Assembly: GCA_023129115.1 (NCBI GenBank)
Contig: JAGMCR010000002.1
Coordinates: 1 to 64,000, forward strand
Direction of reading: 5' to 3'
From: Candidatus Iainarchaeum sp.
Lineage (GTDB): Archaea > B1Sed10-29 > WALL01
DNA length: 64,000 nucleotides
The notes under the pieces are model-generated. The model did not search any database and was not told the DNA's origin. It saw only the letters and a list, made by a program, of their open reading frames with translations. The translations under genes were made by a program, and so were the position numbers. Positions 46,798-55,026 of this stretch are shown one piece after another; position 1 is the stretch's first letter; each line of letters begins with the position of its first letter.

Positions 46798-47193
46798 TTG
46801 CATAATGCTAGCGGTGAGACTGTGGAGAAATTTCGGGTAAGAAGGCAGTTCAAGAAAAATAGGATTAGTGTTACAATACACCAAATGGAGTATGAGAAAG
46901 ATACTACTGGCAAGAAAAAGTTCTCCAAGACCTTCAAGCTGAAGAGTGTTGATGGGAGGCACATCGACGCGATTACAAGCGCTATCGAGGAGGAGGGGGT
47001 TGGCCCGGGGCCATCGGCAAAGCTCTTTTTTCACTTGACTTCCCTGGAAGTCAGAACCCAAGTTAATGAAGCAATAAAAAACGGGGAGATAGCCATGGAG
47101 CACAAATTCTTTCTCTTTAGGAAACCCCTGGTGTTTTCGCTAAGGGGCAAATATTCCGAGCTGATAAAGGAATACCAAAGCAAGCAGAAATAG
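46798..47193 (+). CDS. Hypothetical basic protein
   Basis: 131-aa ORF with a TTG start, in the same frame as eif5a. Confidence 0.55.
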   Translation: MHNASGETVEKFRVRRQFKKNRISVTIHQMEYEKDTTGKKKFSKTFKLKSVDGRHIDAITSAIEEEGVGPGPSAKLFFHLTSLEVRTQVNEAIKNGEIAMEHKFFLFRKPLVFSLRGKYSELIKEYQSKQK

Positions 47194-47232
47194 GTTCGCG
47201 CGGGAAATGAGTTAAATACCCCCTTTTCTTAA

Positions 47233-48201
47233 TTGGTTTTGATGCACGCAATCAAGGCAAGGAACGTAGTCAAGGTCTATGACGATCCAAGCGGCCGCGT
47301 AAAAGCACTGGACGGCGTTTCTTTCGAGGTCGACAAAGGCGAAATCTTTGGGCTCTTGGGCCCAAACGGCGCTGGAAAAAGCACGCTCATAAACATGATT
47401 ACCGGGCTTATTTCTTCGACGAGTGGCAACATAAAGATTTTTGGGAAGGACGTGGCCACAGACTGGTACAGTGTCAAGGAAATGACTGGCACGTGCTTCG
47501 GCTTCGCGAGATTCATTTATTTCATGACCGGCCGTGAAAACTTGAGGTTCTTCGGTTACTTGTATGATATGAGTGACCACGAAATTGACAAGCGAATTGA
47601 CGAGCTCGCCCAAACGCTTCGGCTTTCGGAAATCGATTCGCGGGCCGGCACCTATTCCTCCGGGATGACCCAGAAGCTCTCGCTCATGAAAGGCCTCTTG
47701 CACAACCCCAAGCTCTTGCTGGTGGACGAGCTGACGGTTGGGCTCGATGTCGACGCGGCGATGAACGTACGGAATGTCTTCAGGCAGGTCCAGCGCGACG
47801 AGGGCACCACGGTTTTGCTCACCACGCATTACATGCAGGAGGCGAACGACCTTTGCAACCGAATAGCGCTGATAAGCAAGGGCAAGCTATACGCGCTGGA
47901 CACCCCAAAAAAGCTGAAGCGCCTGGCGAGGGACTATGACGTCATCGAAATCACCCTCAAGCAAGCAAAAAAAGCCGAGGCAATTGTGCGGCGGCAGAAG
48001 GGCGTCCTCGACGTCTTCGTCGGCAAGGACAGGCTCGTGGCCAAGGTATCGTCTTCAGAAAAAAGCCTCCAGCCAGTCATTGGCGGGCTGCTGAAAAAAG
48101 GGTTTATGTTCACCAACCTCAAGGTCAGGAAGCCCATGCTGGAAGAAGTCTTCTTGTCACTGACCGGCCAAAGCCTTGGGGGTGAGTGGCACGAATTTTA
48201 A
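47233..48201 (+). CDS. ABC-2 transporter ATP-binding subunit
   Basis: GPNGAGKS, YSSGM, LLVDE and LLTTHYMQEA motifs. Confidence 0.95.
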   Translation: MVLMHAIKARNVVKVYDDPSGRVKALDGVSFEVDKGEIFGLLGPNGAGKSTLINMITGLISSTSGNIKIFGKDVATDWYSVKEMTGTCFGFARFIYFMTGRENLRFFGYLYDMSDHEIDKRIDELAQTLRLSEIDSRAGTYSSGMTQKLSLMKGLLHNPKLLLVDELTVGLDVDAAMNVRNVFRQVQRDEGTTVLLTTHYMQEANDLCNRIALISKGKLYALDTPKKLKRLARDYDVIEITLKQAKKAEAIVRRQKGVLDVFVGKDRLVAKVSSSEKSLQPVIGGLLKKGFMFTNLKVRKPMLEEVFLSLTGQSLGGEWHEF

Positions 48202-48955
48202 TACCGTGAAGGCCTTTGCTTACCGGCTTATCGCCAACTTCTGGAAACAGAAGATGTACATATTCGCCGAGGTATTGTTCTGGCCCCTAATGTTTTTGGT
48301 CGCGTTTGGGCTGTTGATAAAGACGTTTTCGGCCGACCCCACAGTGATTAATTACATTCTCGCGGCGTCAATAACCTGGCGCATAACCACGGTCTTCCAG
48401 CAGTCAGTGAATATGGGGTTCCTCCTTGACTACTGGAACGAGACCATGCGCCAGACCTGGGTCGCGCCGTTCCACCTCAAGGAATACGTAATCGGGAACA
48501 GCATGCTGGGCCTGCTTTCCGGCTCGGTCACGTTCCTGGTGTCGCTGGTCGTGGCGTGGCTGGCGTTTGGGTTCAGCTACCAGCCGCTGTGGCTCTTTGT
48601 GCTTACAATTGTAATAATGGCGGTGTGGGGGTGCGTGATTGGCGTCCTCATTCTTGCGACAACTGTTCGCGTTGGGGAAGGCGCCACACGCCTCGCGTGG
48701 GTCATCACAGACATAATCGTGCTGTTGAGTGGCGTGTTTTACCCAATCACGATGCTGCCCGTGCCAATCCAGTTCGTCAGCCACTTCCTGCCGTCCACGT
48801 TCCTGTTCCAAATGCTGCGCGTGCACTCCTTCAGCCCGGTGCTCATGGCCGGGTCAGCTGTAATGGTGGTGGCCTACCTCGTCCTGGGGATGGCGCTGCT
48901 GAGGTACAGCGTGAACCACGCCAAGAAAGTCGGCAGGCTCGTGAGGTTCTACTGA
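48176..48955 (+). CDS. ABC-2 permease
   Basis: Six TM helices and LSGVFYPITMLP. Confidence 0.9.
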   Translation: MGVSGTNFNTVKAFAYRLIANFWKQKMYIFAEVLFWPLMFLVAFGLLIKTFSADPTVINYILAASITWRITTVFQQSVNMGFLLDYWNETMRQTWVAPFHLKEYVIGNSMLGLLSGSVTFLVSLVVAWLAFGFSYQPLWLFVLTIVIMAVWGCVIGVLILATTVRVGEGATRLAWVITDIIVLLSGVFYPITMLPVPIQFVSHFLPSTFLFQMLRVHSFSPVLMAGSAVMVVAYLVLGMALLRYSVNHAKKVGRLVRFY

Positions 48956-49500
48956 TGAAAAAAACACGCCCCGAGCACCAGCCCGGCTTTGAGTTCCGCC
49001 CCGGGGAATACGAGTCCCCTGGCATGAAGCGAATGCAGGAACAGCTCACGCTCCGGGCAATCGAATTGTTGGGAATCGACTCCGGCCGAGTCATCGACAT
49101 TGGCTGCGGCACCGGCTACTCCACCCAAGTGCTTGCGGACACTGGCTTCGACGTCGTCGGCATCGACCCCAACCAAGAAATGGTCGAGAGGGCCAACGAA
49201 AGAAAACTAGCGTGTTCCGTGGGCTCGTTCGAGGAAATCCCCTTTCCCGACCATTCCTTCGACGCCGCCGTCTCCATTTCCACGCTGCAGTGGGTCGAGG
49301 ACTACCGCGCCGCCGCCAAAGAAGTGAGCCGCGTGCTGAAGTACTCCGCAAAAGCAGTGTTCCAGTTCTACCCCGAGTCAGAAGAAGACGCCATGAAGAC
49401 CGCGAAGGCATTCGCCCGCGAGGGCTTCAAGGCCGAGCTCGCGATAGACAACCCAGACAACCCAAAGAAAAAGAAAGTGTTTCTTGTCCTCGAACGCTAA
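48955..49500 (+). CDS. Bud23/WBSCR22-like SAM methyltransferase
   Basis: RPEH, LTLRAIELL, IDIGCGTG, IPF..SFDAAVSISTLQW, VFQFYPE and IDNPDNPKKKKVFLVL motifs. Confidence 0.8.
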   Translation: MKKTRPEHQPGFEFRPGEYESPGMKRMQEQLTLRAIELLGIDSGRVIDIGCGTGYSTQVLADTGFDVVGIDPNQEMVERANERKLACSVGSFEEIPFPDHSFDAAVSISTLQWVEDYRAAAKEVSRVLKYSAKAVFQFYPESEEDAMKTAKAFAREGFKAELAIDNPDNPKKKKVFLVLER

Positions 49501-49544
49501 CAATTTTATACTGCAAGCGCCTTAACCCCCATGGGGAGAGAGTT

Positions 49545-49961
49545 GTGCGCCTGTACATAGACACCAACGTGCCGATTAGCCTGGTCACTGGCGAGTTCGG
49601 GAAAAACTATGAATTCATGGAAGAGAGAGTTAGAAGATTTCTTTCTGTGTGCGAAGAAGAAAAGCATACACTCATAATCTCTGACTGGATGACGAAAGAG
49701 CTTGAAGGAGTTAAGCCCCATTGTTCTAATTGGATTCAAGACTTTGCTGCTGAAAACATTATTGAATACGTTGAACTTACAAGAGAAGACAGCCTAAAGG
49801 CCAAAACGATATCTAATGCAAAAGGCATCCATTACTCCGACGCTCGGCATGTTCAGCTAGCGTTAAAGTCAAAGGCCGACGCAATAATAACGTGGGACAC
49901 CAAAGACTTCCAAAAAGTGAGTGACCTAATAACCGTGATGACGCCCGAACAGTTTATATGA
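49545..49961 (+). CDS. PIN-domain (VapC-like) RNase
   Basis: YIDTNV, DARHVQLA and IITWDTKDF motifs. Confidence 0.9.
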   Translation: MRLYIDTNVPISLVTGEFGKNYEFMEERVRRFLSVCEEEKHTLIISDWMTKELEGVKPHCSNWIQDFAAENIIEYVELTREDSLKAKTISNAKGIHYSDARHVQLALKSKADAIITWDTKDFQKVSDLITVMTPEQFI

Positions 49962-50241
49962 AGCCCTTTTCCCGGTCGAACTCCTCAGCAAGTTTGTCCT
50001 TGTAGTCCTTGTCAAACATCGCCCTCTCCAAGTCCTCGAGAGTAACACCCTCTTTCTTGAGCCTATCAGCCCACTTCTTTGCTACTGCATCCCATCTCCT
50101 CATACGCAGCTGAATCGCTTTTTCCCTCATTGCGTCACGCACTGCCTCGGAAACATTGGAGTACAGTTTACTCTGCTCTACTAATTCTTCAAACTCCTTC
50201 TTGAAAACAGGGTCAAGGCGGATTGTATAGCTCTGCTGCAT
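49954..50241 (-). CDS. RHH/CopG family protein, convergent with the PIN gene
   Basis: YTIRLD...LYSNVSEAVRDAMR. Confidence 0.82.
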   Translation of the reverse strand: MQQSYTIRLDPVFKKEFEELVEQSKLYSNVSEAVRDAMREKAIQLRMRRWDAVAKKWADRLKKEGVTLEDLERAMFDKDYKDKLAEEFDREKGFI

Positions 50242-50296
50242 GTATTTACATTGTACATACAACTGGTATTTAAATCATGCTGCTAAAAACCACCCC

Positions 50297-51064
50297 ATGC
50301 TCCGCAAAAACCGATTGATATGGGAAAACCTCTACGAATTAAGCGAGGCCGAGGTAGTCCTGCTTGGAGTGCCGTTCGACGGCACGTGCACCGGCCTGCC
50401 AGGCGCGCGCCTTGCCCCGTCACGCATCCGCGAGGACTTCGACTTGTTCGTCGCAGGCCACGAAAAGGGCATCGGGGACCTCGGCGACGTGAAGCTCTAT
50501 GACGCCGGCGACGTGGACGTGGTGCACGGCTCGCCCGAAGACACTTTTGACCGAGTCGTGGAAGCGGTGCGCGAAATCCGCGACGAGACAAAAGCCCCAA
50601 TTATTACACTCGGCGGAGACCATTCTATCACTCTCCCCATCGTTTCCGCGCTCGCCGAGCTCGAAAAGTTCGGCTACGTGTGCTACGACGCGCACCTAGA
50701 CCTGCTTGATGACTTCAACGGCTACCCCAATAGCCACACGTGCGTGAACCGCCGCGTGATGGAAGTCGTCAAGGACGTCGAAATCGTGGGCGCGCGCGCC
50801 GGCAGCAAGGAAGAGTGGGCAGTAGCCAAGAAGCTGAGGCCAGTGAAGGGCAAGTGCTACGTAAGCATTGACGTGGACGTGCTCTCCGCAGTGCCCACGG
50901 GCACGCCGGTCCCGAGCGGCATGCAATTCCGCGACCTATGGACAAAAATAAGCAAGCGAAAAATTGTCGCTGCCGACATAATGGAGTACAACCCGTTGGT
51001 TGGCCACTCCACTGTCCCAGCCGAGCTCTTGAAGCGCCTCATCCTCAAGACGGGTAGAACATGA
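50297..51064 (+). CDS. speB: Agmatinase (ureohydrolase family)
   Basis: GVPFDGT, LGGDHSIT, DAHLDL and SIDVDVL motifs. Confidence 0.88.
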   Translation: MLRKNRLIWENLYELSEAEVVLLGVPFDGTCTGLPGARLAPSRIREDFDLFVAGHEKGIGDLGDVKLYDAGDVDVVHGSPEDTFDRVVEAVREIRDETKAPIITLGGDHSITLPIVSALAELEKFGYVCYDAHLDLLDDFNGYPNSHTCVNRRVMEVVKDVEIVGARAGSKEEWAVAKKLRPVKGKCYVSIDVDVLSAVPTGTPVPSGMQFRDLWTKISKRKIVAADIMEYNPLVGHSTVPAELLKRLILKTGRT

Positions 51065-51341
51065 CCACGCACTGGCCACTCGCGCACGCGAAATAGCCCT
51101 GCCCGCAGTCCACAGTGTTTGGCCTGCAGTCCAGGGTACAGGCGACGTCAGTGCAGTTCGGGGCGTTCAAAGTGTTCACCGAGCTGGTTGGGTGGCAGCA
51201 CTGCTCTGCGACGCAGTCCGCGTCGATTGTGCACATGCGCTTGTCGTCAGCTCCGCCTAGGCCTGCATTGATGTCTGCTGTTGGTGGAGTAAGGCACCCA
51301 ACAAGCATTGCCGCAAGAAGCACGGCAAGGATTGGTCTCAT
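51045..51341 (-). CDS. Small secreted or lipoprotein with an eight-cysteine cluster
   Basis: LVGC lipobox-like motif; C..DADC...CCHP..C...C...C...C...C. Confidence 0.75.
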   Translation of the reverse strand: MRPILAVLLAAMLVGCLTPPTADINAGLGGADDKRMCTIDADCVAEQCCHPTSSVNTLNAPNCTDVACTLDCRPNTVDCGQGYFACASGQCVVMFYPS

Positions 51342-51374
51342 GAAAAAAAAGACGCCGAGGACGCATAAATAACT

Positions 51375-51533
51375 TTACTTTATCCTGTGCACCTTGCCGC
51401 ATTCGTCGCAAATGAGGTATTCCTTTCCCCTGCTGGCAATCGGATAAAGCGCAGTCGAGCCGCATGACTTGCATTCTTCAATCTTTTTGTCTACCATAGA
51501 AGTGCTCCCCTTCCCTTTAGAAGTTCCCCCCAT
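51375..51533 (-). CDS. Small Zn-ribbon protein (absent from the ORF track; may start at 51497)
   Basis: ...MVDKKIEECKSCGSTALYPIASRGKEYLICDECGKVHRIK. Confidence 0.7.
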   Translation of the reverse strand: MGGTSKGKGSTSMVDKKIEECKSCGSTALYPIASRGKEYLICDECGKVHRIK

Positions 51534-51571
51534 ACTATAGCTTATGTCTTAACACGTATAAAAGGCTATGT

Positions 51572-52243
51572 TTAAACAACCAGTTTGCCGTACGCGCACA
51601 GTTTGTTCAAAAAGCACTCCCCGCACTTCGGCCGATTCGCCGGGCAGACTCGCTGGCCGTGCTTCACGAGCCAGTCATTGATGCCGAGCCAATACTTTTT
51701 TGGGACGATGGCGCGGAGTGCACGCTCTGTCTGCTCCGGAGTCTTCGTTTCCACCCAGCCAAGCAAATTGCTAATCCTGTGCACGTGAGTGTCCACGCAC
51801 ATCGCCGGAATCCCGAACGCGTAAACAAGAGTGCAGTTCGCGGTTTTCCTCCCAACGCCAGGCAGTTCGACCAGGCCACTGATTGTTTTGGGTATTCCGG
51901 TCTTTTCCACGCGTTTCGCCAGCCCAATAACATTCCTTGCCTTGGTCTTGTACATCCCAACCGGTTTAATTAGCTTCTCGACCTCAGCCACAGAGGCCTT
52001 TGCCAGTTTCTTTGCTGTTGGGTAGTTGGCAAACAATTGCTTCGCGGCTTTGGCAGTGTTGACGTCCCTGGTTCGGGCGGACAACGCAGTAGCTACCACT
52101 GTTTGAAAAGGAGTCCAGTGTTTTACAACGGCTTTCAACCCACCGTAATGCCGCTCCAGCAGCCGGCAAGCGGCGGCTATTTCTTCTTCTTTTTCTTTGC
52201 CGCTTTTTTGGCCGGCTTTTTCTTTGTTCCGCATCCACCGCAT
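51572..52243 (-). CDS. nth: Endonuclease III
   Basis: LSARTRD, LPGVGRKTAN, VDTHVHRI and the C..RPKC..C..C Fe-S motif; start uncertain. Confidence 0.93.
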   Translation of the reverse strand: MRWMRNKEKAGQKSGKEKEEEIAAACRLLERHYGGLKAVVKHWTPFQTVVATALSARTRDVNTAKAAKQLFANYPTAKKLAKASVAEVEKLIKPVGMYKTKARNVIGLAKRVEKTGIPKTISGLVELPGVGRKTANCTLVYAFGIPAMCVDTHVHRISNLLGWVETKTPEQTERALRAIVPKKYWLGINDWLVKHGQRVCPANRPKCGECFLNKLCAYGKLVV

Positions 52244-52278
52244 GGCATAACCTCATCAAACACAAAACCAGTATTTAA

Positions 52279-52797
52279 TTACTTATCTTCGGCAACGTCG
52301 ACCACTGTTCCATGCGAAAACTTCGTAATTTCGGACGGGGCCAGCTTCAAGCCCACACACGGCGAGCCCGCCGAGCCAACGACCCACTCTTTTTCCAAGA
52401 GCTTCTCGTCGATGAACACCGGAATATCCGGCGGCACAGTCAAGGCGTCTACTCCCCCCGGCAGTCTGCCGAATAAGTCCTGGAGTTCATCACGCCTCGC
52501 CATCCGCACTTCCTTGAAATGAGCAGTTCTTTGGAGCTTTTTCATGCTGATGCGCACTTCACCAGAAGCAATAACCACTAAAGGCCGCCCCCTGGAAACA
52601 AAACACAAGCACTTAAGCACGTTGTCGGCAGAGCCGCTGTAAAGGTCAAGGTGTGACTGTAGGTTTGTTATTGGATGATCCGGATGCGCAATGAGTTTCG
52701 CGTCCATGTTGTTCATTTTCACAAACTCGAAGACCTTCTTCACGTTTTCTTCCCCAGGCACTCCAGCAAAATCTTGTTCTGAAGTGATTTCTTTCAT
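52279..52797 (-). CDS. YbaK/ProX aminoacyl-tRNA deacylase family protein
   Basis: VLKCLCF, GRLPGGV, VFIDEKL and VGSAGS motifs. Confidence 0.85.
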   Translation of the reverse strand: MKEITSEQDFAGVPGEENVKKVFEFVKMNNMDAKLIAHPDHPITNLQSHLDLYSGSADNVLKCLCFVSRGRPLVVIASGEVRISMKKLQRTAHFKEVRMARRDELQDLFGRLPGGVDALTVPPDIPVFIDEKLLEKEWVVGSAGSPCVGLKLAPSEITKFSHGTVVDVAEDK

Positions 52798-54752
52798 TCA
52801 ATCACGCTGCCTGGCTTTGCGTCCTTGTCAGGAACAAGCACTTGCCAGTCCGGCCCAGCAGCCAGAATCATCCCCTGTGATTCAACACCGCGGAGTTTCT
52901 TTGGTTCGAGGTTAGCGAGATACAACACTTTTTTGCCCTGGAGCGCTTTGGGTGCATAATTCTCTGCAAGCCCAGCCATAACCGTCCGCTCTCCCAACTC
53001 ACCAACGTCGAGCACGACCTTGTAAAGCTTGTCGCTCTTTTCAACGCGCTCCGCGCTCTTTACCTCAGCAATTCTTAAGTCCATTTTTTTGAAGTCCTCG
53101 TATTTCACGTAACTCACTTCCTCTTTTTTTCCGCCGAAGCGCTCCTCGTAATCCTTAACGCCGTCCAGCTTCGTGAACAGCGGCTTTGACTCGCCCAATG
53201 GGCCATTAACCGTAATCTCCGCAGCGTCTTCCCAACGCAACTCTTTCTCGCCAAGCAGCGCACGAATCTTCTTTGCGTCACCCGGGATGAACGGCTCCAA
53301 AAGAATGCTTGCGGACCGGCACACTGCAAGCGAAAGGTACAGCGTGTTCGCCCGCACGGCCTCGTTCTTCCACGGCTCCTGCTCGTTCAAGTACGCGTTG
53401 CCGTCCCGGACCAATGCAACAGCGCGCTTCAGCGCCTCGCGCAAGTGCGCCTTCTCCAATTCCTCCGCCACACTCGCCGGCGCCGCCTTGATTTTTTCGA
53501 TTAATTCCTTGTCCTTCGCGGTCCATTCCCCGTGCTCGGGCACTCCATCGAAGTACTTCTTGTTGAGCACGAGCGTCCGGTGCACGAAGTTCCCAACGAC
53601 GTCCGCCAATTCATTAACGCTTTTTTGGAACTGCTCCCATGTGAAGTCCGAGTCGTGCGTCTCCGGAGCCATTTGGATTAGTGCGTACCGCCACTGCGAC
53701 GCCGTGAACGGCAGGGACTGGCAGTCCTCCAGAGTCACGCCAACGCCCCTGCTCTTCGAGAACTTCCTGCCCTCGTAGTTAAGGTACTCTGCCCCGACGA
53801 CGTTGTATGGCAGGATGAACTCCTTCGTGCCCATTAGCATGGCTGGAAAAATAATCGTGTGGAACGGGATGTTGTCCTTGCCAAGGAAGTGCACGAGCCG
53901 CACGTCTTCCGCGGTCCACCAGTCGTGCCAGTGCTTACCGGTTTCGCCCGGCGCGTCTTTTGTTATAGCTATATATGCCACAGGTGCGTCAAACCACACA
54001 TACAGAATCTTGTCCTCGTAGCCCTTGAGCGGCACTTTCACGCCCCACTTCAAATCGCGGGTAATGCACCGCGGCTTCAGGTCGCCGACGAGCGAGACCG
54101 CCCAGTTAAGCACGTTGGGCGCCCAAAACTTTTTGGTGCCAAGCCACTCCTTCAGCTCCGGCGCGAACTTCGGCAGGTCAAGGAACAAGTGCTTGCTCGT
54201 GCGCAGCACGGCCCCACCGCCGCACACAACACACTTCGGCTCCTTCAATTCCTTTGGCTCCTGCAGCTTGCCGCACGAGTCGCACTGGTCCGCGTTGGTC
54301 TCTTCGCCGCACTTTGGGCACAGTCCCTTGACGTACCTGTCCGGCAGGAACCGCTTGCATTTGTCACAATACAGCTGCTCGACTTCTTGCTCGAAGACGT
54401 TTCCCGCGTCGTAGTTCTTCTTGAATATGTATTGGGTGAGCTCGTGGTTTGACGGGCTGGAAGTCCGCCCGAAGTTAGTGAATTCTATATCAAACCACTC
54501 GTAGTCCACCTTGTGCAGCGCGTGGTATTCCTCGCACCACTTTTCCGGCGTGACGCCGGCCTTCTCGGCGGCCAGTTCCGTCGCAGTGCCGTGCTCGTCG
54601 GTCCCGCAGATGTAAATCACTTCGTGGCCCTGCAGACTCAAATAGCGCGTGTAAATGTCCGGCGGCAGCAGACTGCCGATTAAGTGGCCGAGGTGCGGCC
54701 TGGAATTCACGTAAGGCAGTGCAGAAGTTACCAAATAACGGAAATTAACCAC
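52794..54752 (-). CDS. metG: Methionyl-tRNA synthetase with a C-terminal tRNA-binding domain
   Basis: TSALPYVN..PHLGH, CGTDEHG, Zn knuckles, YVWFDA, GKDNIPFH, KFSKS and NLEPKKLRGVESQGM motifs; start approximate. Confidence 0.96.
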   Translation of the reverse strand: MVNFRYLVTSALPYVNSRPHLGHLIGSLLPPDIYTRYLSLQGHEVIYICGTDEHGTATELAAEKAGVTPEKWCEEYHALHKVDYEWFDIEFTNFGRTSSPSNHELTQYIFKKNYDAGNVFEQEVEQLYCDKCKRFLPDRYVKGLCPKCGEETNADQCDSCGKLQEPKELKEPKCVVCGGGAVLRTSKHLFLDLPKFAPELKEWLGTKKFWAPNVLNWAVSLVGDLKPRCITRDLKWGVKVPLKGYEDKILYVWFDAPVAYIAITKDAPGETGKHWHDWWTAEDVRLVHFLGKDNIPFHTIIFPAMLMGTKEFILPYNVVGAEYLNYEGRKFSKSRGVGVTLEDCQSLPFTASQWRYALIQMAPETHDSDFTWEQFQKSVNELADVVGNFVHRTLVLNKKYFDGVPEHGEWTAKDKELIEKIKAAPASVAEELEKAHLREALKRAVALVRDGNAYLNEQEPWKNEAVRANTLYLSLAVCRSASILLEPFIPGDAKKIRALLGEKELRWEDAAEITVNGPLGESKPLFTKLDGVKDYEERFGGKKEEVSYVKYEDFKKMDLRIAEVKSAERVEKSDKLYKVVLDVGELGERTVMAGLAENYAPKALQGKKVLYLANLEPKKLRGVESQGMILAAGPDWQVLVPDKDAKPGSVIE

Positions 54753-54780
54753 CTTTTGGAGGATATGAAAACGAGTGTTT

Positions 54781-54996
54781 TTAAAGCCAGCCCTTGTTCC
54801 GCAGCAGAATCCGCAGCACCACTGCCTCCATCGCCACGACCACGACGAAGAGCAGCGCAATCACCGACGCCAAAAACTCGACAGTGGCCTCGCCAATGGC
54901 CAGCCCAGTCACAGTCACCAGCAGTACCAAAAAAGCCGTCGCTGCCAGCCCCTTCATGAGGCTCTTCTCCCGCCGCGTCGAGCCCTTGGGATACAT
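54781..54996 (-). CDS. Small two-TM membrane protein
   Basis: Hydrophobic ORF filling the intergenic gap. Confidence 0.5.
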   Translation of the reverse strand: MYPKGSTRREKSLMKGLAATAFLVLLVTVTGLAIGEATVEFLASVIALLFVVVVAMEAVVLRILLRNKGWL

Positions 54997-55026
54997 AGCC
55001 CCTCCCTACGGCGGCTGGGTTTTTAT

